Shown here in pieces: positions 29,305 through 38,387 of a DNA stretch of 64,000 bases (positions are counted from its first letter, which is position 1; each line of letters begins with the position of its first letter). This DNA is from a virus, in UHGV virus genome UHGV-0109738. One strand, written 5' to 3'. The notes below the pieces were generated by a model, which was not told the origin of the DNA, searched no databases, and was given only the letters and a program-made list of their open reading frames with translations. Position numbers and translations under genes: made by a program.

Positions 29305-29733
29305 TTAAGCAACGCGAACGCGGATAAAATCTTCCGCCTCCAGGGTTACGTCTTCCTGGCAGTATGCGATGATCGGATCTGGCGCTGCCTGTTCACTTGG
29401 CGCAACAAACAGTTTCACCCCGTCGGCTGCGAGAGCAATAGCTGCACCCTTAACATAAGCGGCTGCAGGAACAAGGAGAGCAAACTCTCGGCCCTGTTCC
29501 ACATAATCAGCAACAACAGTTTCATTTGCAGCGATTGCATCAGTAATGGTTTTGCCTTCGTGGAATGCCGGGTTGACGATGTACAACTGAGCTGCACCGA
29601 CATCAGCACTGGTTGCTTTTGCAAACTTACCTCCGTCCAGTTTTACCAGTTCACCTGGTTTTACTGCGACCTTAGCAGTGTAGGTTTCGGTAATGGATTT
29701 ACCATCAATATTTACACGACGAAAACGAGACAT
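29305..29733 (-). CDS. head decoration/structural protein (DUF2190-like)
   Basis: 142 aa, Ala-rich. Confidence 0.4.
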   Translation of the reverse strand: MSRFRRVNIDGKSITETYTAKVAVKPGELVKLDGGKFAKATSADVGAAQLYIVNPAFHEGKTITDAIAANETVVADYVEQGREFALLVPAAAYVKGAAIALAADGVKLFVAPSEQAAPDPIIAYCQEDVTLEAEDFIRVRVA

Positions 29734-29747
29734 TGTATTCCCTCCAG

Positions 29748-31052
29748 TTAGAAATAAGTGTTAAAGTCAGGGACTTCGCCTTTTTTGTCTTCACTTGCTG
29801 TGTTGGCGGCTAGCGGAGTTGCTTTACCCAGGGATTTAAACATTGCCTCTAATGCTTCACCGCTTAATGCGTTAGCAACAATTTCGCCGTGAACTTTTGC
29901 TACTGCGGCGCGTTTTTCTGCTACTTCTTTATTTGCGTTTGCTGCAATTTCTTCTTTAATTGCTTTCTGGTTGGTCTGTAATTCTTCTTGGTTGGTCTGC
30001 AATTCTTCTACGCTTGCCTGTACTGGTTTTAATGCCTCTGCTACTGCATTAGCGATATTGGCGGCTAAGCCTTCGTTAATTTCTTTTACCAGTTCGGCGC
30101 GTTCTTCTTTTGTCAAAGGCATGGGATCGTCCTCCGATTTATTGGCCTTAATTTTTTCATTCAGGGAGAAAAGATTAGAAAGGTGTTCAGCGAACTGAGC
30201 AAACCATGATTTACTTTCCTCGTTGGTTGCAAGCTCGCCATTATTGAGAATAATTTTATCAGCCTGTTTTTCGTAGTTGTATCTTTCCGCACAGTTTTCA
30301 TTAGTGGCGATCGTCACCTCTCTATCAGTGAAGTCCACCACGTATACGTAATCAGCGTCAGGGAACATTTCCCGCGCGGCAGCGGTTAACTGCTTTTCAA
30401 GTGTGCGATAGCTATTTTCTTTCATTGCCACCGCCATTAACGGCTTCGCCTGGTCGGTATTAACCATTAAGCCTACGCCCTGTTCCGGCGAAGCGGCTGG
30501 CGGCTCATGCAGCAAGATAGCGTCATGGTCGATCGACATGATTTTCACTACATGGTCAGCACCCTGGGCTTTCATTTTTTCGGTGGCTGGCATACGCTGG
30601 CGATATACAGCGACGGACGACCAGATAGGATCTTTGCTTTCTCCTTTCTCCAGTGCTTCCAGTCGGGCTAATAATTCGCGGCCCTGGCTTGAATGGCTGG
30701 CGGTTTCCACATCCACCCATTTTTCCACATAAACACGGTTGCCGCGTAACTCAACGTTTCTGTTCCACGCACCACAAAAACCCGTGTTTAATCCTTCCGG
30801 GCTAAATGCTGAAACAAATTTACCGTCAACGGTAGGATGGCCCAGCGGGGCAAGCGTACCCTCCAGTGACTGGTAATTAGCGATAATTTCAGCTTCCGGG
30901 TAATATTCACGATTCATAACGATATTGAATGGCAGCGTATATGATGGCACAACAATGTGCTCGCGTCCGTTATAAGTTTCCCGGCGTATGGTATTAGCGG
31001 TTAATTTGGTATTAACCTGAATCAGTTCTTTACTCACGGTTTTTACTCCCAA
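29748..31052 (-). CDS. putative scaffolding/prohead protein
   Basis: 434 aa with C-terminal coiled-coil (EELQTNQEELQTNQKAIKEE). Confidence 0.45.
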   Translation of the reverse strand: MGVKTVSKELIQVNTKLTANTIRRETYNGREHIVVPSYTLPFNIVMNREYYPEAEIIANYQSLEGTLAPLGHPTVDGKFVSAFSPEGLNTGFCGAWNRNVELRGNRVYVEKWVDVETASHSSQGRELLARLEALEKGESKDPIWSSVAVYRQRMPATEKMKAQGADHVVKIMSIDHDAILLHEPPAASPEQGVGLMVNTDQAKPLMAVAMKENSYRTLEKQLTAAAREMFPDADYVYVVDFTDREVTIATNENCAERYNYEKQADKIILNNGELATNEESKSWFAQFAEHLSNLFSLNEKIKANKSEDDPMPLTKEERAELVKEINEGLAANIANAVAEALKPVQASVEELQTNQEELQTNQKAIKEEIAANANKEVAEKRAAVAKVHGEIVANALSGEALEAMFKSLGKATPLAANTASEDKKGEVPDFNTYF

Positions 31053-31987
31053 TCTTCGCCATATTTAGCGTGCGCAACTTTATAGTTTTCTTGCGCCCGA
31101 TCTAATATTCGTTCGTTTAATATGTTACCGTCTTCGTCAACTAATACGGTAATCGTGCTACATTTGCAGTTAATTGAATTAGGGGATCTACTCCACCATT
31201 CGCGCTGCTCATCTATGGTGTATGTTTTACCGTGCCGCTGCGCGTGCGATAGCCTGGTAGTCGGTGATAATGCCGAAATGTGCATTTGCATAGTGCGCAG
31301 ATTAAATTCTTCTGTCGCCGCTTCTGCCTCATCCATACGCGCTGTGCGTAACGCTGTGCATATTTCAGTTCGAGCAATACGTTTACACCTGTATAGCGGT
31401 AATTGCGTCTCCTGATTCAATGTGCGCGCTATTTCCAGTGGGTTTAAACCACGGGCCATGCCTTCAGTTAGTCGGCGGGCCATATCCTTTTTGATCTGTG
31501 CTGTCAGCCCGCGCATTTCCTCAAATACACGGGTACGGACAAGGGCAAGGCGTGTGCGGTAAGTTGTGCTGGATAGCACGACAGACACATCAGGATAGGC
31601 GCTTGAGTACGTGACAGACTGGTTAGCGAGGTTGGCATATTCCTGTGCCGTGCCGCGCTGATAAGCCACCTTCACGTAATTCTGCCAAAACCAAAAACTT
31701 TCCGGGTCGGTTAGCTCGAATATCTCATCAATCATGTCGCTGGCGTCCTCCAGCATGTCATGCAGTTCATCCATGTAAATCTGAAAGGTGTATTTCTTAT
31801 TAACAGCCAGGCTATATTGTATTCTGTCAAGTATGGCGAGATATGGATCGGCTATTTTGTTCAGGCAGGATTTGAAACGCTTAATAGCGCCAGACCTTAA
31901 CTTCCCTGTCATGGTCGGGTCTTCGGTGTTAGATGGCATTATCGCGGCTGGAGGTATTCGCCTGATTATTTTCTTCACCTTCATCAT
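31043..31987 (-). CDS. head morphogenesis (minor head) protein
   Basis: 314 aa; directly downstream of portal. Confidence 0.5.
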   Translation of the reverse strand: MMKVKKIIRRIPPAAIMPSNTEDPTMTGKLRSGAIKRFKSCLNKIADPYLAILDRIQYSLAVNKKYTFQIYMDELHDMLEDASDMIDEIFELTDPESFWFWQNYVKVAYQRGTAQEYANLANQSVTYSSAYPDVSVVLSSTTYRTRLALVRTRVFEEMRGLTAQIKKDMARRLTEGMARGLNPLEIARTLNQETQLPLYRCKRIARTEICTALRTARMDEAEAATEEFNLRTMQMHISALSPTTRLSHAQRHGKTYTIDEQREWWSRSPNSINCKCSTITVLVDEDGNILNERILDRAQENYKVAHAKYGEDWE

Positions 31988-33302
31988 CGTTTTCCTCGTC
32001 TTCCAGTTCTACTTCATTAGCCGGGCCATCGTATCCGGCAGCTTCACGGATCTCGTCACCGCTGAATATTTCCTCACCAGTAGCGAGACATGCATGATTG
32101 ATTTGTGCCATTTTGTATGCCGCGTCGAGTAGCTCAGCTTTTGTCATGGCGTTAAGGTCGTCCCACAGCACAGATACGTCTACTGGCATACTGATAAGGC
32201 GGAGATCTGCCATCTTGCGGAATAGTTCCTCAAGCTCGCCTCCTATTTCCTCCCGGCGGGTCATACAGCGGTTATTGAAGTAGCGGAGGTCTTCGGTTGA
32301 TGCACGCTCACCCTGCTGATTCCCAACCAGGATACGCGTTGGAATGTCGATGCCAGCGGCGGCGGTTTGCAGGTTGACGTCATAGGTAGCGGACGGATCG
32401 GCTACGGCAGTAACCAGCGGGCTAACGGTAGCTCCCTGCAATGCCATCATCACATCATTACCTTTATTTATATCCTCTGCCGCTTCATTGAATTTTTCGC
32501 GTAGCTCTGTAACGTCGCAACCGTATGTTGCAGCCAGGGAACGGAAATCAATCTCTTTATCGAACGAGATAGCCAGTTGACGTGCTGCGTTTTTCAGGAA
32601 TGATTCACCGCTGCCGCCTTCCACTTTCTCCAGTGAAACGAATGCGTTATAGGACGGTTCAAGGAAAGCGATGGCATCATCAGAATAATCACCGAAGATA
32701 AATATGCGATCTGGATGTATCTTTCTTGCTATGGTCTTACTGTTAATGCGCTCCTTGTATTCCCACCATGTAGGCAGGCCATAGTTTTCTTTATCCGGGT
32801 TTTCTTCGAAGTCCTTCGGTGTAAGAGCACCAGCCCATACGGGGGTAAATTTGGCAATGCCTACGCCTTTTGTTACTGGCTGATCCCACGGCTTGTTATC
32901 CCTGACGTGAATTAACAGTCCAGCATAACGACCGATGAGGCGGCGGCGATCGCATTCAGCAATTACGCGCCAGAATCTATTGTCGAATCGTTTTTTGATT
33001 TCTCTTTCCCACGAAGTTTCCTTTTCCGCTTTCTCGTCTTCCGTACCTTCAATCAGCGTTGGCCTGGTGCGCCAGCACGTAGTAATGATCTTCTCAATAG
33101 CACCGTGAGCGATACCACCGCGACGATACAGTTTGTATAAATCGGCATAGGTGATTTCTTCTTTAAATCCGTATTCACTCCACGCAGCATCACGTTTGGC
33201 ATCTATCCCCATAGTGAACGGATGTGCCGCTGCATAGCGGGCAAAGGCCGCCTGGCGTTGAGACAAGGCAGCATTAACCGCCAATTCTAAATTGGATGGC
33301 AT
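31929..33302 (-). CDS. portal protein
   Basis: 457 aa from ATG preceded by AGGAG; acidic C-terminus; follows terL. Confidence 0.7.
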   Translation of the reverse strand: MPSNLELAVNAALSQRQAAFARYAAAHPFTMGIDAKRDAAWSEYGFKEEITYADLYKLYRRGGIAHGAIEKIITTCWRTRPTLIEGTEDEKAEKETSWEREIKKRFDNRFWRVIAECDRRRLIGRYAGLLIHVRDNKPWDQPVTKGVGIAKFTPVWAGALTPKDFEENPDKENYGLPTWWEYKERINSKTIARKIHPDRIFIFGDYSDDAIAFLEPSYNAFVSLEKVEGGSGESFLKNAARQLAISFDKEIDFRSLAATYGCDVTELREKFNEAAEDINKGNDVMMALQGATVSPLVTAVADPSATYDVNLQTAAAGIDIPTRILVGNQQGERASTEDLRYFNNRCMTRREEIGGELEELFRKMADLRLISMPVDVSVLWDDLNAMTKAELLDAAYKMAQINHACLATGEEIFSGDEIREAAGYDGPANEVELEDEENDDEGEENNQANTSSRDNAI

Positions 33303-33324
33303 AATGTTTACTCCTGAATACATG

Positions 33325-33348
33325 TTTACGCGTTGCTACGCGAAAAAT
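33325..33348. promoter_or_regulatory. conserved motif TTTACGCG-N4-TACGCGAAAAAT (copy B) upstream of portal
   Basis: tttacgcgttgctacgcgaaaaat; 21 of 24 nt identical to copy A. Confidence 0.4.
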
Positions 33349-33413
33349 AGAAAAATTCGTGAGGGATTGTGAGGCAGATTTTGTGTAGCTAATTGAGAAT
33401 TATTATTGTTCAT

Positions 33414-33432
33414 CTTCGAAAATTTTTCGAAG
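33414..33432. repeat. 19-bp perfect palindrome in terL-portal intergenic gap
   Basis: cttcgaaaatttttcgaag. Confidence 0.6.
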
Positions 33433-33450
33433 TTGATAATAATCAATAAC

Positions 33451-34935
33451 TTAAAACCCTCGCAGGCGCTTAGGTAACATAAGGCCCATTGCCTGTGGCT
33501 GGCTTAGTTCGGTGATACCCCATACCATTGCGTCCATACGGTCAGGGGATTTTTTGGCGGTAGCTGGCACGTATTCCATCATTTGATTTTCCAGCGTATA
33601 TAGCTCACCAGTGTGTGCCACCCTTCCTTGTGCATACAGTGCTGATATTGGTTCGGCGCGGGCGAATTTACCTTTGCTTGCGTGCACCTTAACAATGCGG
33701 CCTTTGAATCCTGCATTGCGTAGCGTGGCCTCTGCCATGTCACCGCCCTGGTTGGTTTCGATAACTATCGCGTCAGCTTCATGGATGTCATAAGCGTTCA
33801 TTGCTGCTTGCGCCCAGTCGTTAGGCGACATGCGGCCTGAATAGTCACCGTCTACTGAATACTGTGCGTACTTGCCGCCACCATAAGCGGAACACGCCAT
33901 GATCCCCGTTTCGTCTGACTCATCAGATGATGTTGTCGCAGGGTCAATAGCTATCACAGTGCGGATTTTCTCCTGCGTTATCTGCATCCGGTGCGCGGCG
34001 GTAATCATCGCCTCTGTCCACAACGCACCCTCTTCGTCGAATTTACGCGGGCGCTGCATGTACTGGGCCTCAAATGACCGTCTGTGTGCCTTCAGTCCAG
34101 CTTCATGGGCGTCATTGTGCTTTTTAGGCCATAGCCAGCCATCTGGCAGGTTATGAGGAATGGGGATAGCGAACTCGTTTTCAGGATACAAATCCCGGTA
34201 GTCAACGCTGTTGTCGATTTTCACTGGCAGGTTCAAGTGATACCACTTTTCACCGCTTCCACCGCGTAGCAGGTAGCCGGACAAATCATCGTAGTGGATG
34301 CGCTGCATGATGACGATGACAGGCGTTGTTTGCACCGCCAGACGTGAAGCAAGCGTGTCGTTGTAGTTGGTGTTTACCTGCTTTCTCACCACGTCAGAGT
34401 AAGCGTCAGCGGGTTTTAATGGGTCGTCGATGATTAACGCGCCATTAAATCCTGGCTCCATATACCCCGCACGGAACCCTGTAACCTGGCCAAGCGATGA
34501 CGTTGCATACACGCCGCCACCGTATTCAGTCCACCACATTGATTTTGAGTTTGCATCGTTGCGGATCCTCATGGGCCACATTGCCTGATATTCAGGCGTA
34601 CAGATCATGTTTCTTACGGTCGAGGAATTGAGTAACGCCAGGTTGTTGGAATAGGAGACATGAAGGAATCGTGTGCGGGGATTTATTGCGAGTGACCGCG
34701 CCATCATGTTGATAGTTGCGATCATGGTTTTGCCGTACCCTGGAGGGATGTTAATGATGAGTCGGGTTATCTCACCATTGACAACGCGTTGCAGTGCGTC
34801 GCGGATAGCTAAGTGATGGCCTGAGATTAACATCTTCGTTCCGTTCGCTTGCTTATAGAAGTAGCGATTGAAAAACAGGCCATCGTTTTCACATTTGGAC
34901 TGAATAACTCGTTCTTTGATTGTCAGCATAATCAC
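33451..34935 (-). CDS. terminase large subunit
   Basis: 494 aa; Walker A-like PPGYGKT; follows terS. Confidence 0.85.
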   Translation of the reverse strand: MIMLTIKERVIQSKCENDGLFFNRYFYKQANGTKMLISGHHLAIRDALQRVVNGEITRLIINIPPGYGKTMIATINMMARSLAINPRTRFLHVSYSNNLALLNSSTVRNMICTPEYQAMWPMRIRNDANSKSMWWTEYGGGVYATSSLGQVTGFRAGYMEPGFNGALIIDDPLKPADAYSDVVRKQVNTNYNDTLASRLAVQTTPVIVIMQRIHYDDLSGYLLRGGSGEKWYHLNLPVKIDNSVDYRDLYPENEFAIPIPHNLPDGWLWPKKHNDAHEAGLKAHRRSFEAQYMQRPRKFDEEGALWTEAMITAAHRMQITQEKIRTVIAIDPATTSSDESDETGIMACSAYGGGKYAQYSVDGDYSGRMSPNDWAQAAMNAYDIHEADAIVIETNQGGDMAEATLRNAGFKGRIVKVHASKGKFARAEPISALYAQGRVAHTGELYTLENQMMEYVPATAKKSPDRMDAMVWGITELSQPQAMGLMLPKRLRGF

Positions 34936-35417
34936 ACCTCATCTTCTACTTCCTGAACGATGCGGGCGATCTCTTCTTTTGTGACTTCTACCTGTACTGG
35001 TGCTTCTTCCCTGTTGCCTACGATTTCCTGCGTAACGCGTTCGCCATACTTACGCGGTTGCAGTTTTGCCAATAGCCATTTACGGGTTTCAATCATCAAT
35101 TGATGGCGGCGGCATTGGTCTTTATCGGTGTTCTCCGCTGCGTCCGCTATGTCGATAATCTCATCAGCCAATACCTCAAAACCGATCTCTTTCGCGCGTA
35201 TGTACATGTCCGAGAACTCTGGCACGTCTCTGAACCATTTAAGGATTGTTGAACGCGCAGGCATATCAGGCATCTTCGAAATCTTGTTAATACTTTGACC
35301 GTCCGCCACCAGCTCACAGATCTCTAATGCCTTTTCTTCGGTATAACCATGCGGACGGCCCACCTTTTTAGCTGCTGGCTTTTTATCGTCAGCTTTTGCC
35401 TTTTTAGTGCGGGCCAT
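34932..35417 (-). CDS. terminase small subunit
   Basis: 161 aa; basic N-terminus with HTH; 4-nt overlap with terL. Confidence 0.75.
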   Translation of the reverse strand: MARTKKAKADDKKPAAKKVGRPHGYTEEKALEICELVADGQSINKISKMPDMPARSTILKWFRDVPEFSDMYIRAKEIGFEVLADEIIDIADAAENTDKDQCRRHQLMIETRKWLLAKLQPRKYGERVTQEIVGNREEAPVQVEVTKEEIARIVQEVEDEV

Positions 35418-35582
35418 ATTTCACCTCTCAAAACCATTTGCACAGAATATATAAACACGCAATTAATGTTGCGCAGTATGTTACCGTTTCCAGAAAGTCG
35501 AATAGCTCTTTCATTGATACCATCCACTTTATTTGACTTGCTTAATTTAGGAAGCGCATAAAATGCGCGTCCAAGCCATAAC

Positions 35583-35651
35583 CTATTGAGTCAGTGCGGT
35601 CATGGTAAGAACAATCGCAACAATCAGGAAAAAGAAATCAAGCCATTTCAT
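35583..35651 (-). CDS. micro-ORF P7, hydrophobic peptide (22 aa) MKWLDFFFLIVAIVLTMTALTQ
   Basis: AGGGGG SD 6 nt upstream; single predicted TM helix; member of tandem array. Confidence 0.45.
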   Translation of the reverse strand: MKWLDFFFLIVAIVLTMTALTQ

Positions 35652-35736
35652 TTTTAACCCCCTGCGATTCAGTTGACACTTAAAAGCACCGCAACGATGA
35701 CAATCACTATAATCATGCAAAAGAAGTCTGCTTCCC

Positions 35737-35817
35737 TCATCTTTTAAACCCTCGATAAAAATCAACGGCAATAACTGTAATAACAGCCACCAGCAATAGC
35801 ATTTCGTATGCGTTCAT
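35737..35817 (-). CDS. micro-ORF P6, hydrophobic peptide (26 aa) MNAYEMLLLVAVITVIAVDFYRGFKR
   Basis: Start overlaps P5 stop (ATGA); shared N-terminal motif M-x-x-Y/F-D/E. Confidence 0.45.
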   Translation of the reverse strand: MNAYEMLLLVAVITVIAVDFYRGFKR

Positions 35818-35912
35818 TTGATACTACCCATAACAAGGCCGATGATTATGATTATGGCGACAACGCCTAGCATCATTCCGCACATAATCGCCAGTAATTC
35901 GAATATATCCAT
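35814..35912 (-). CDS. micro-ORF P5, hydrophobic peptide (32 aa) MDIFELLAIMCGMMLGVVAIIIIIGLVMGSIK
   Basis: AGGTGA SD; stop overlaps P6 start. Confidence 0.45.
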   Translation of the reverse strand: MDIFELLAIMCGMMLGVVAIIIIIGLVMGSIK

Positions 35913-35958
35913 GCCGTCACCTATACAACATTCTTCCACCAGAAATAGATAATGACGG

Positions 35959-35994
35959 CTACACCGACCACCAGATGAGATCGTAAATATTCAT
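35959..35994 (-). pseudogene. micro-ORF P4, truncated (MNIYDLIWWSV), hydrophobic continuation in -1 frame
   Basis: GAAGGTG SD; -1 frame continues VAVIIYFWWKNVV to stop at 35921. Confidence 0.3.
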
Positions 35995-36005
35995 GGTGAA
36001 CACCT

Positions 36006-36080
36006 TCAGCTTTCAATGAATATCATGATCGCCAGCCATACAGCGACGCATAAAGAAAGGATAACGAGTGGGTCAATCAT
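36006..36080 (-). CDS. micro-ORF P3, hydrophobic peptide (24 aa) MIDPLVILSLCVAVWLAIMIFIES
   Basis: GGAGGGG SD; start overlaps P2 stop (ATGATTGA). Confidence 0.45.
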   Translation of the reverse strand: MIDPLVILSLCVAVWLAIMIFIES

Positions 36081-36189
36081 CTTGCCCCTCCACCCAGCGC
36101 TTGATCTTTGCGTTTATTAGTGCAACTGCAATAAAACCCACCAGATATACAGAAATGCCGATCAATCCGGCAATGATATAATCATCCAT
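36073..36189 (-). CDS. micro-ORF P2, hydrophobic peptide (38 aa) MDDYIIAGLIGISVYLVGFIAVALINAKIKRWVEGQDD
   Basis: Translationally coupled to P1 and P3. Confidence 0.4.
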   Translation of the reverse strand: MDDYIIAGLIGISVYLVGFIAVALINAKIKRWVEGQDD

Positions 36190-36193
36190 AACA

Positions 36194-36262
36194 TTATTCA
36201 CCAACCAGTAATATTACAGCGGCAGCCATTCCGATAAACAAACCCAACAGAAAAGTAACCAT
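36194..36262 (-). CDS. micro-ORF P1, hydrophobic peptide (22 aa) MVTFLLGLFIGMAAAVILLVGE
   Basis: GGGGGTG SD; ATG 3 nt after stop of HExxH gene. Confidence 0.4.
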   Translation of the reverse strand: MVTFLLGLFIGMAAAVILLVGE

Positions 36263-36264
36263 AA

Positions 36265-36849
36265 TCACCCCCGTTTAAAGCTCATTACACGCGGTACAAG
36301 CGCTTCTTTTGCTTTAGGCTTACGTTTGCCTTTCTTCGCTGGTTTTTTCTCTTCTTTCGGCTCCTCTGCCTGTTCAACTGCCTGTTCTGCTGCATCAGTC
36401 GCCTTTTCCGCCTGGTCTAATGCCTGCTCTACGACTTCAGCCGCCTGCATTGCTGCAACCTGTGCTTCGTTTGATTCTGCCAGGATTGGGAAGAATGCGT
36501 CAAAGATGCGGCCTACCATGTAAGCATATGTCTCGTTTGCTGGGTGAGTTGGATCAGTGGTCGCCACGACGCCTACATCACTTAAAACGTGGAATGTAGT
36601 GTGTGCGCATTCATGTACCAGCGTTCCTAACTCATTATCGAATACTGCGATCACGTAGAAGTTACCGCCTTTCTCACCCGTGCAGGTTAATGTCAGGCCG
36701 CCTGCCAGTTCGAAATCAGGTTCGATCGGAATCCCTGCCTTCTCGCAAAATTCATAAAACATGTCGCGGGTCGGGCAGAAGAAAACAGTTGTATGCTCAA
36801 AGAGCGGAACTTTGAATTGAGGCAACTTGATGCCTTTAGCCTTAGCCAT
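36265..36849 (-). CDS. putative zinc metallopeptidase-like protein (HExxH motif) with lysine-rich C-terminal tail
   Basis: 194 aa; motif LVHECAHTTFH; C-terminus EEKKPAKKGKRKPKAK. Confidence 0.5.
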   Translation of the reverse strand: MAKAKGIKLPQFKVPLFEHTTVFFCPTRDMFYEFCEKAGIPIEPDFELAGGLTLTCTGEKGGNFYVIAVFDNELGTLVHECAHTTFHVLSDVGVVATTDPTHPANETYAYMVGRIFDAFFPILAESNEAQVAAMQAAEVVEQALDQAEKATDAAEQAVEQAEEPKEEKKPAKKGKRKPKAKEALVPRVMSFKRG

Positions 36850-37128
36850 CAGAATATTCCTCTATCCTGAAAAATATAACCCCCGCAAAACTGGACACCG
36901 CAGGGAGTGAAAACAGCTATAAAACACTAAAAACGGCGCTGCATGAGTACCGTTTTCAGAATTTTATAAAACTGGATAATGGCGCTTTCTTCTACCCAGG
37001 TAGCGCCCTACCTGTTAATGAGGTTGTTTACCAGGTATTACGTGTTTTTGACTATTCCGCCGTCGCTCGCGGGAAGGATTGGCCCGGTTATGGCTGGCTG
37101 GCAGAAACGGCGACACGTCCACGCGCTG

Positions 37129-37599
37129 TTATTCTTTGCGTAAGCACTGCGTTTTGATGTAGTCCTGTAACCCAGTGATCTGAGCGTCTTTCGTTTTTAG
37201 TTGTTCTCTGAGGGATAGATAAGCTGATTCAGCGTCGGGAGTGAGTCTACAGGTGGCTCCATCAATGGCGCTGGCGGATCCGGTGGGGTCAGACACTCGC
37301 ACGGGCGTTGCGTTGACGCGCAGCCGGATAGTGCCGTTATCAATACCAGTGCGCAGATCGGCAATGTCAGATCTGATAGCTTTAATTTCATCGTGATACC
37401 TCTTATCAAGTTTTGACAGTTCGGCGTTTCGCTCCTTCATCTGCTGAATAGTATTACTTGCTGTTTTTAGTGCGCCCTGCGTAGTAGTTAGCTCGCTTTG
37501 CATTGTGTTTATCACTGACTGGCAATGACTGAGCGCGGCAACAAGGCCAACAACAATACAAACAACAACGGCGATGATTAACGTCTTCACCTTGTCCAT
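37129..37599 (-). CDS. Rz i-spanin
   Basis: 156 aa; N-terminal TM then coiled-coil; follows endolysin; contains embedded Rz1 frame. Confidence 0.8.
   Translation of the reverse strand: MDKVKTLIIAVVVCIVVGLVAALSHCQSVINTMQSELTTTQGALKTASNTIQQMKERNAELSKLDKRYHDEIKAIRSDIADLRTGIDNGTIRLRVNATPVRVSDPTGSASAIDGATCRLTPDAESAYLSLREQLKTKDAQITGLQDYIKTQCLRKE
37197..37391 (-). CDS. Rz1 o-spanin lipoprotein (embedded in Rz)
   Basis: [24 protein letters not shown] lipobox; proline-rich; alternative frame within Rz. Confidence 0.75.
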   Translation of the reverse strand: MKLKLSDLTLPICALVLITALSGCASTQRPCECLTPPDPPAPLMEPPVDSLPTLNQLIYPSENN

Positions 37600-38078
37600 G
37601 TTTCACCCCATTCGCAAACGGCATATTCAACCTCGCGGCGGTTAACCAGGCCTTGCCACTTCTTACCGCCAGCGTATACCCAGCGTTTAAGCTGTGCGCA
37701 CGCTTCTGATTTCTTGCCGTCATTGAGTAGCTTCAATAAGGTTGATGTTTTGAAATTGGTAGCGCCTACGTTATAGGCGAATGAATAAAGTGCTGCGCGG
37801 GTAAAATCTGATATTTCGACTTTAATATAGGGATCGATCGCTTTTGCGGTCTTGTGTAGATCTTTATTTAACAAAGCATCGCATTCTGATTGCGTGTAAG
37901 TCTTGCCAAGCATGATGTCTTTTCCCGTATGACCGTGGCAAACAGTCCATACACCAACAACATCACGATAAGGATTGTAATCAACTCCCTCTAATGGCTT
38001 AATCATCACCGCCGCAATAGCGATCGCCCCACCAGCCGCCGCCGCAACAATCTTGTTTTTCAGCGATTGGCTAATCAT
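37587..38078 (-). CDS. SAR endolysin (phage lysozyme)
   Basis: N-terminal signal-anchor [26 protein letters not shown] followed by lysozyme-like domain; start immediately after holin stop. Confidence 0.8.
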   Translation of the reverse strand: MISQSLKNKIVAAAAGGAIAIAAVMIKPLEGVDYNPYRDVVGVWTVCHGHTGKDIMLGKTYTQSECDALLNKDLHKTAKAIDPYIKVEISDFTRAALYSFAYNVGATNFKTSTLLKLLNDGKKSEACAQLKRWVYAGGKKWQGLVNRREVEYAVCEWGETWTR

Positions 38079-38079
38079 G

Positions 38080-38280
38080 TTACTTATTCCCCATTCGCGC
38101 GTCGTGTTCCTCTTGCGCTCGCTTGTTCTCCTGTGATTTGAAGTAATAGTTAACGGCAAATGTGCCTACGGTTGATAAGATACCCACAAAGACGGCAATA
38201 TCATTGATGGTTATCGCGCCGAAAAAAGCAGTTACGGCCCCAGTCACATACGCGCACGCCTCCCGTATTCTGTCGAACAT
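38080..38280 (-). CDS. holin (phage 21 S-type pinholin-like)
   Basis: 66 aa, two TM segments, charged C-terminus [26 protein letters not shown]. Confidence 0.75.
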   Translation of the reverse strand: MFDRIREACAYVTGAVTAFFGAITINDIAVFVGILSTVGTFAVNYYFKSQENKRAQEEHDARMGNK

Positions 38281-38300
38281 AGATTTTCCTCCAACAAAGC

Positions 38301-38322
38301 AAAAACCCGGCGCGGGGCCGGG
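38301..38322 (-). terminator. rho-independent terminator immediately upstream of holin (tR'-like position)
   Basis: Minus-strand cccggc-cccgc-gccggg followed by TTTTT. Confidence 0.6.
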
Positions 38323-38387
38323 TAGTTATAGTTTCGCATTGTTAGAGAATATTTTAATCTGTTTGTTTACGACCTACAAATACGGCG

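Noticed and set aside
35583-35771. 62-aa track ORF
   Set aside because: Only its C-terminal 22 aa (micro-ORF P7) has an RBS and hydrophobic character; the N-terminal extension overlaps micro-ORF P6 in another frame.
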